DNA from: Candidatus Wukongarchaeum yapensis
GTDB taxonomy: Archaea > Asgardarchaeota > Wukongarchaeia > Wukongarchaeales > Wukongarchaeaceae
DNA: 7,551 nt
Direction of reading: 5' to 3'
Assembly: GCA_016840425.1 (NCBI GenBank)
Contig: JAEOSI010000107.1
Span: 1 to 7,551 of the forward strand
Shown: positions 6,411-7,551 of the stretch, one piece after another
How the letters are laid out: every line of letters begins with the position of its first letter
Position numbering within the stretch: position 1 is the stretch's first letter
The notes under the pieces: generated by a model
Seen by the model: only the letters and a program-made list of their open reading frames with translations
Told to the model about the DNA's origin: nothing
Database searches by the model: none
Made by a program: the position numbers and the translations under genes

Positions 6411-6824
6411 TTAACAGGCTATTTTTTGACCTGGAGCTGGAGGTCCAGCCGTATATATTTCACCAACTTTAATTTTTATGACGCCTCTGCACTCCAGATT
6501 ATATTTTTTAAGCTCATCTACAAATCTATCAAATAAACCGCCGGAGGTTACAATTTCCTCAAAGAAACCCTGAATTCTGTATGCAGTCATTGGGTGTTTA
6601 TAAACGATTACGCACGCTTCTTTAGTTGTTTCAAGGTTTTTTTGCGTGGTTCCAGCCCACACAAGCGCAAAAGCAAGGGTTTCCTCATCTATAGCCATAA
6701 GAGATCCCAAAATTATCGCGTGAGGCACTCCTTTTTCATCTGCTGTGGCCAAAACTTTAACAACTTCCATCTGCTCTTCTCCAGGTTTCAATAGATCCAT
6801 AACTTCTTTAGGTATAGGCACCAA
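6411..6824 (-). CDS. FMN-binding split-barrel protein, pyridoxamine 5'-phosphate oxidase-like (PNPOx) family
   Basis: VKVLATADEKGVPH (LAT-x-D-x-x-G-x-P), T-x-x-NL (TTQKNL), YRIQG, and C-terminal VIKIKVGEIY...PGQKI are typical of small FMN-binding split-barrel proteins. The ORF track starts at 6851, but AAGGAGG (6831-6837) abuts ATG 6830 and is 6 nt from TTG 6824 and 9 nt from GTG 6821, so the real start is probably 6824 or 6821. It ends in a double stop, TAA TAG (6413-6408). Confidence 0.85.
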   Translation of the reverse strand: MVPIPKEVMDLLKPGEEQMEVVKVLATADEKGVPHAIILGSLMAIDEETLAFALVWAGTTQKNLETTKEACVIVYKHPMTAYRIQGFFEEIVTSGGLFDRFVDELKKYNLECRGVIKIKVGEIYTAGPPAPGQKIAC

Positions 6825-6830
6825 AACCAT

Positions 6831-6838
6831 CCTCCTTA
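6831..6838 (-). promoter_or_regulatory. Shine-Dalgarno site for the FMN-binding protein
   Basis: TAAGGAGG, 6-9 nt upstream of in-frame TTG/GTG codons. Confidence 0.8.
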
Positions 6839-6861
6839 AAAAATAAGCCAAACAGAAAGTA

Positions 6862-6910
6862 CAAACCCTCTTAAAGGGTAACGATTCAACATTTCTCCCA
6901 AACCCTCTTA
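6862..6910. repeat. Perfect 12-bp direct repeat CAAACCCTCTTA (two copies, 37-bp period)
   Basis: Copies at 6862-6873 and 6899-6910 within a ~170-bp intergenic spacer. Confidence 0.85.
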
Positions 6911-6925
6911 TTTAAAACTTTCTTT
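6910..6925 (-). promoter_or_regulatory. Candidate BRE/TATA promoter of the FMN-binding gene
   Basis: AAAGAAAG (6925-6918) followed by TTTTAAAT (6917-6910), about 85 nt upstream of the start. Confidence 0.45.
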
Positions 6926-6949
6926 AACAAAAACAAATAGTGTACAGAG

Positions 6950-6973
6950 CATGTTTCTAAAAAAATAAACATG
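6950..6973. repeat. Inverted repeat CATGTTT-N10-AAACATG between the cupin and FMN-binding genes
   Basis: Perfect 7-bp arms at 6950-6956 and 6967-6973. The spacer contains T7 on the minus strand. Confidence 0.5.
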
Positions 6974-7017
6974 AAAACTTCAAAAACTATTTCACCAAAT
7001 AAAATAATTTAAAGCAC

Positions 7018-7524
7018 CTAAAACGGTTTTTCACACCCCTCTCTAAAGGGGCATTGGTCGCATGAAAACTTATCCTTTTCAATCTCTTCCCTCCTGATAT
7101 CTCCAACAACTATTTGAAGAACCTCTATATCACCCTCATATTGAATAAAATGGCACACATTGGGAGGAATAAACATCCTTCCCCCACTTTTCACTTTATA
7201 AAGCTTAAATTTCCCTTTTCCTTCAACATTTTTTAAAAAAATTTGGAACGGAAATCTACTAAAATATATCTCTAACTGATGTTTATGATAATGCGGTTTC
7301 TCCCCCTTAGAATTCTCTCTACACGCTACTGAAAATTGCACCCTATCAGATTCAACCACCCTCCTCTCATCACTTTTCCAAAAAACACCTTCAGCCTCTT
7401 TTTCACCAAACTCTTTCAAAACTCTTGGCACAACTATTTTCCTATCTTTCCTAACCTCTCCCCTAAGGAGGGAAAATAGCTTTTCAAGCTCAAGATTCTC
7501 TATAATTAAGACTCTTTCCACCAT
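7018..7524 (-). CDS. Cupin-domain protein (metal-binding, RmlC-like fold) with C-terminal Cys cluster
   Basis: Cupin motif 1 PH78YH80KHQLE85IY and motif 2 GGRMFIPPNVCH125 give the 3-His-1-Glu metal set. ATG start is preceded by GGGGG-TTTTT, with TAG stop. Substrate cannot be inferred. Confidence 0.85.
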   Translation of the reverse strand: MVERVLIIENLELEKLFSLLRGEVRKDRKIVVPRVLKEFGEKEAEGVFWKSDERRVVESDRVQFSVACRENSKGEKPHYHKHQLEIYFSRFPFQIFLKNVEGKGKFKLYKVKSGGRMFIPPNVCHFIQYEGDIEVLQIVVGDIRREEIEKDKFSCDQCPFREGCEKPF

Positions 7525-7551
7525 AAAAACCCCCGAAAAACTGTTAAATCC

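Noticed and set aside
6594-6794. Plus-strand 66-aa ORF
   Set aside because: Antisense to the FMN-binding gene, with no motif.

Overview
An archaeal, thermophile-type region with five co-oriented genes, all on the minus strand. In transcription order (right to left): a metal-binding cupin with a C-terminal CxxC-x5-C tail (7018-7524), an FMN-binding split-barrel/PNPOx-like protein (stop at 6411), a 441-bp AT-rich gap, an intact intein-free reverse gyrase (2193-5969), the tRNA 4-demethylwyosine synthase Taw1/TYW1 (837-2120), and an all-helical hypothetical protein (66-656). There is no evidence of rRNA, tRNA, CRISPR or mobile elements. The most unusual signal is a ~90-aa winged-helix-like insertion inside the Taw1 radical-SAM core. 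A TATA-like palindrome and a 16-bp operator-like palindrome lie just upstream of that gene, suggesting (as inference only) a self-regulating or DNA-binding tRNA-modification enzyme. Also notable are a ~44-aa acidic insertion in the reverse gyrase TOPRIM domain and a possible Fe-S/Zn-binding tail on the cupin. Family comparisons are from recalled consensus sequences, not from searches.
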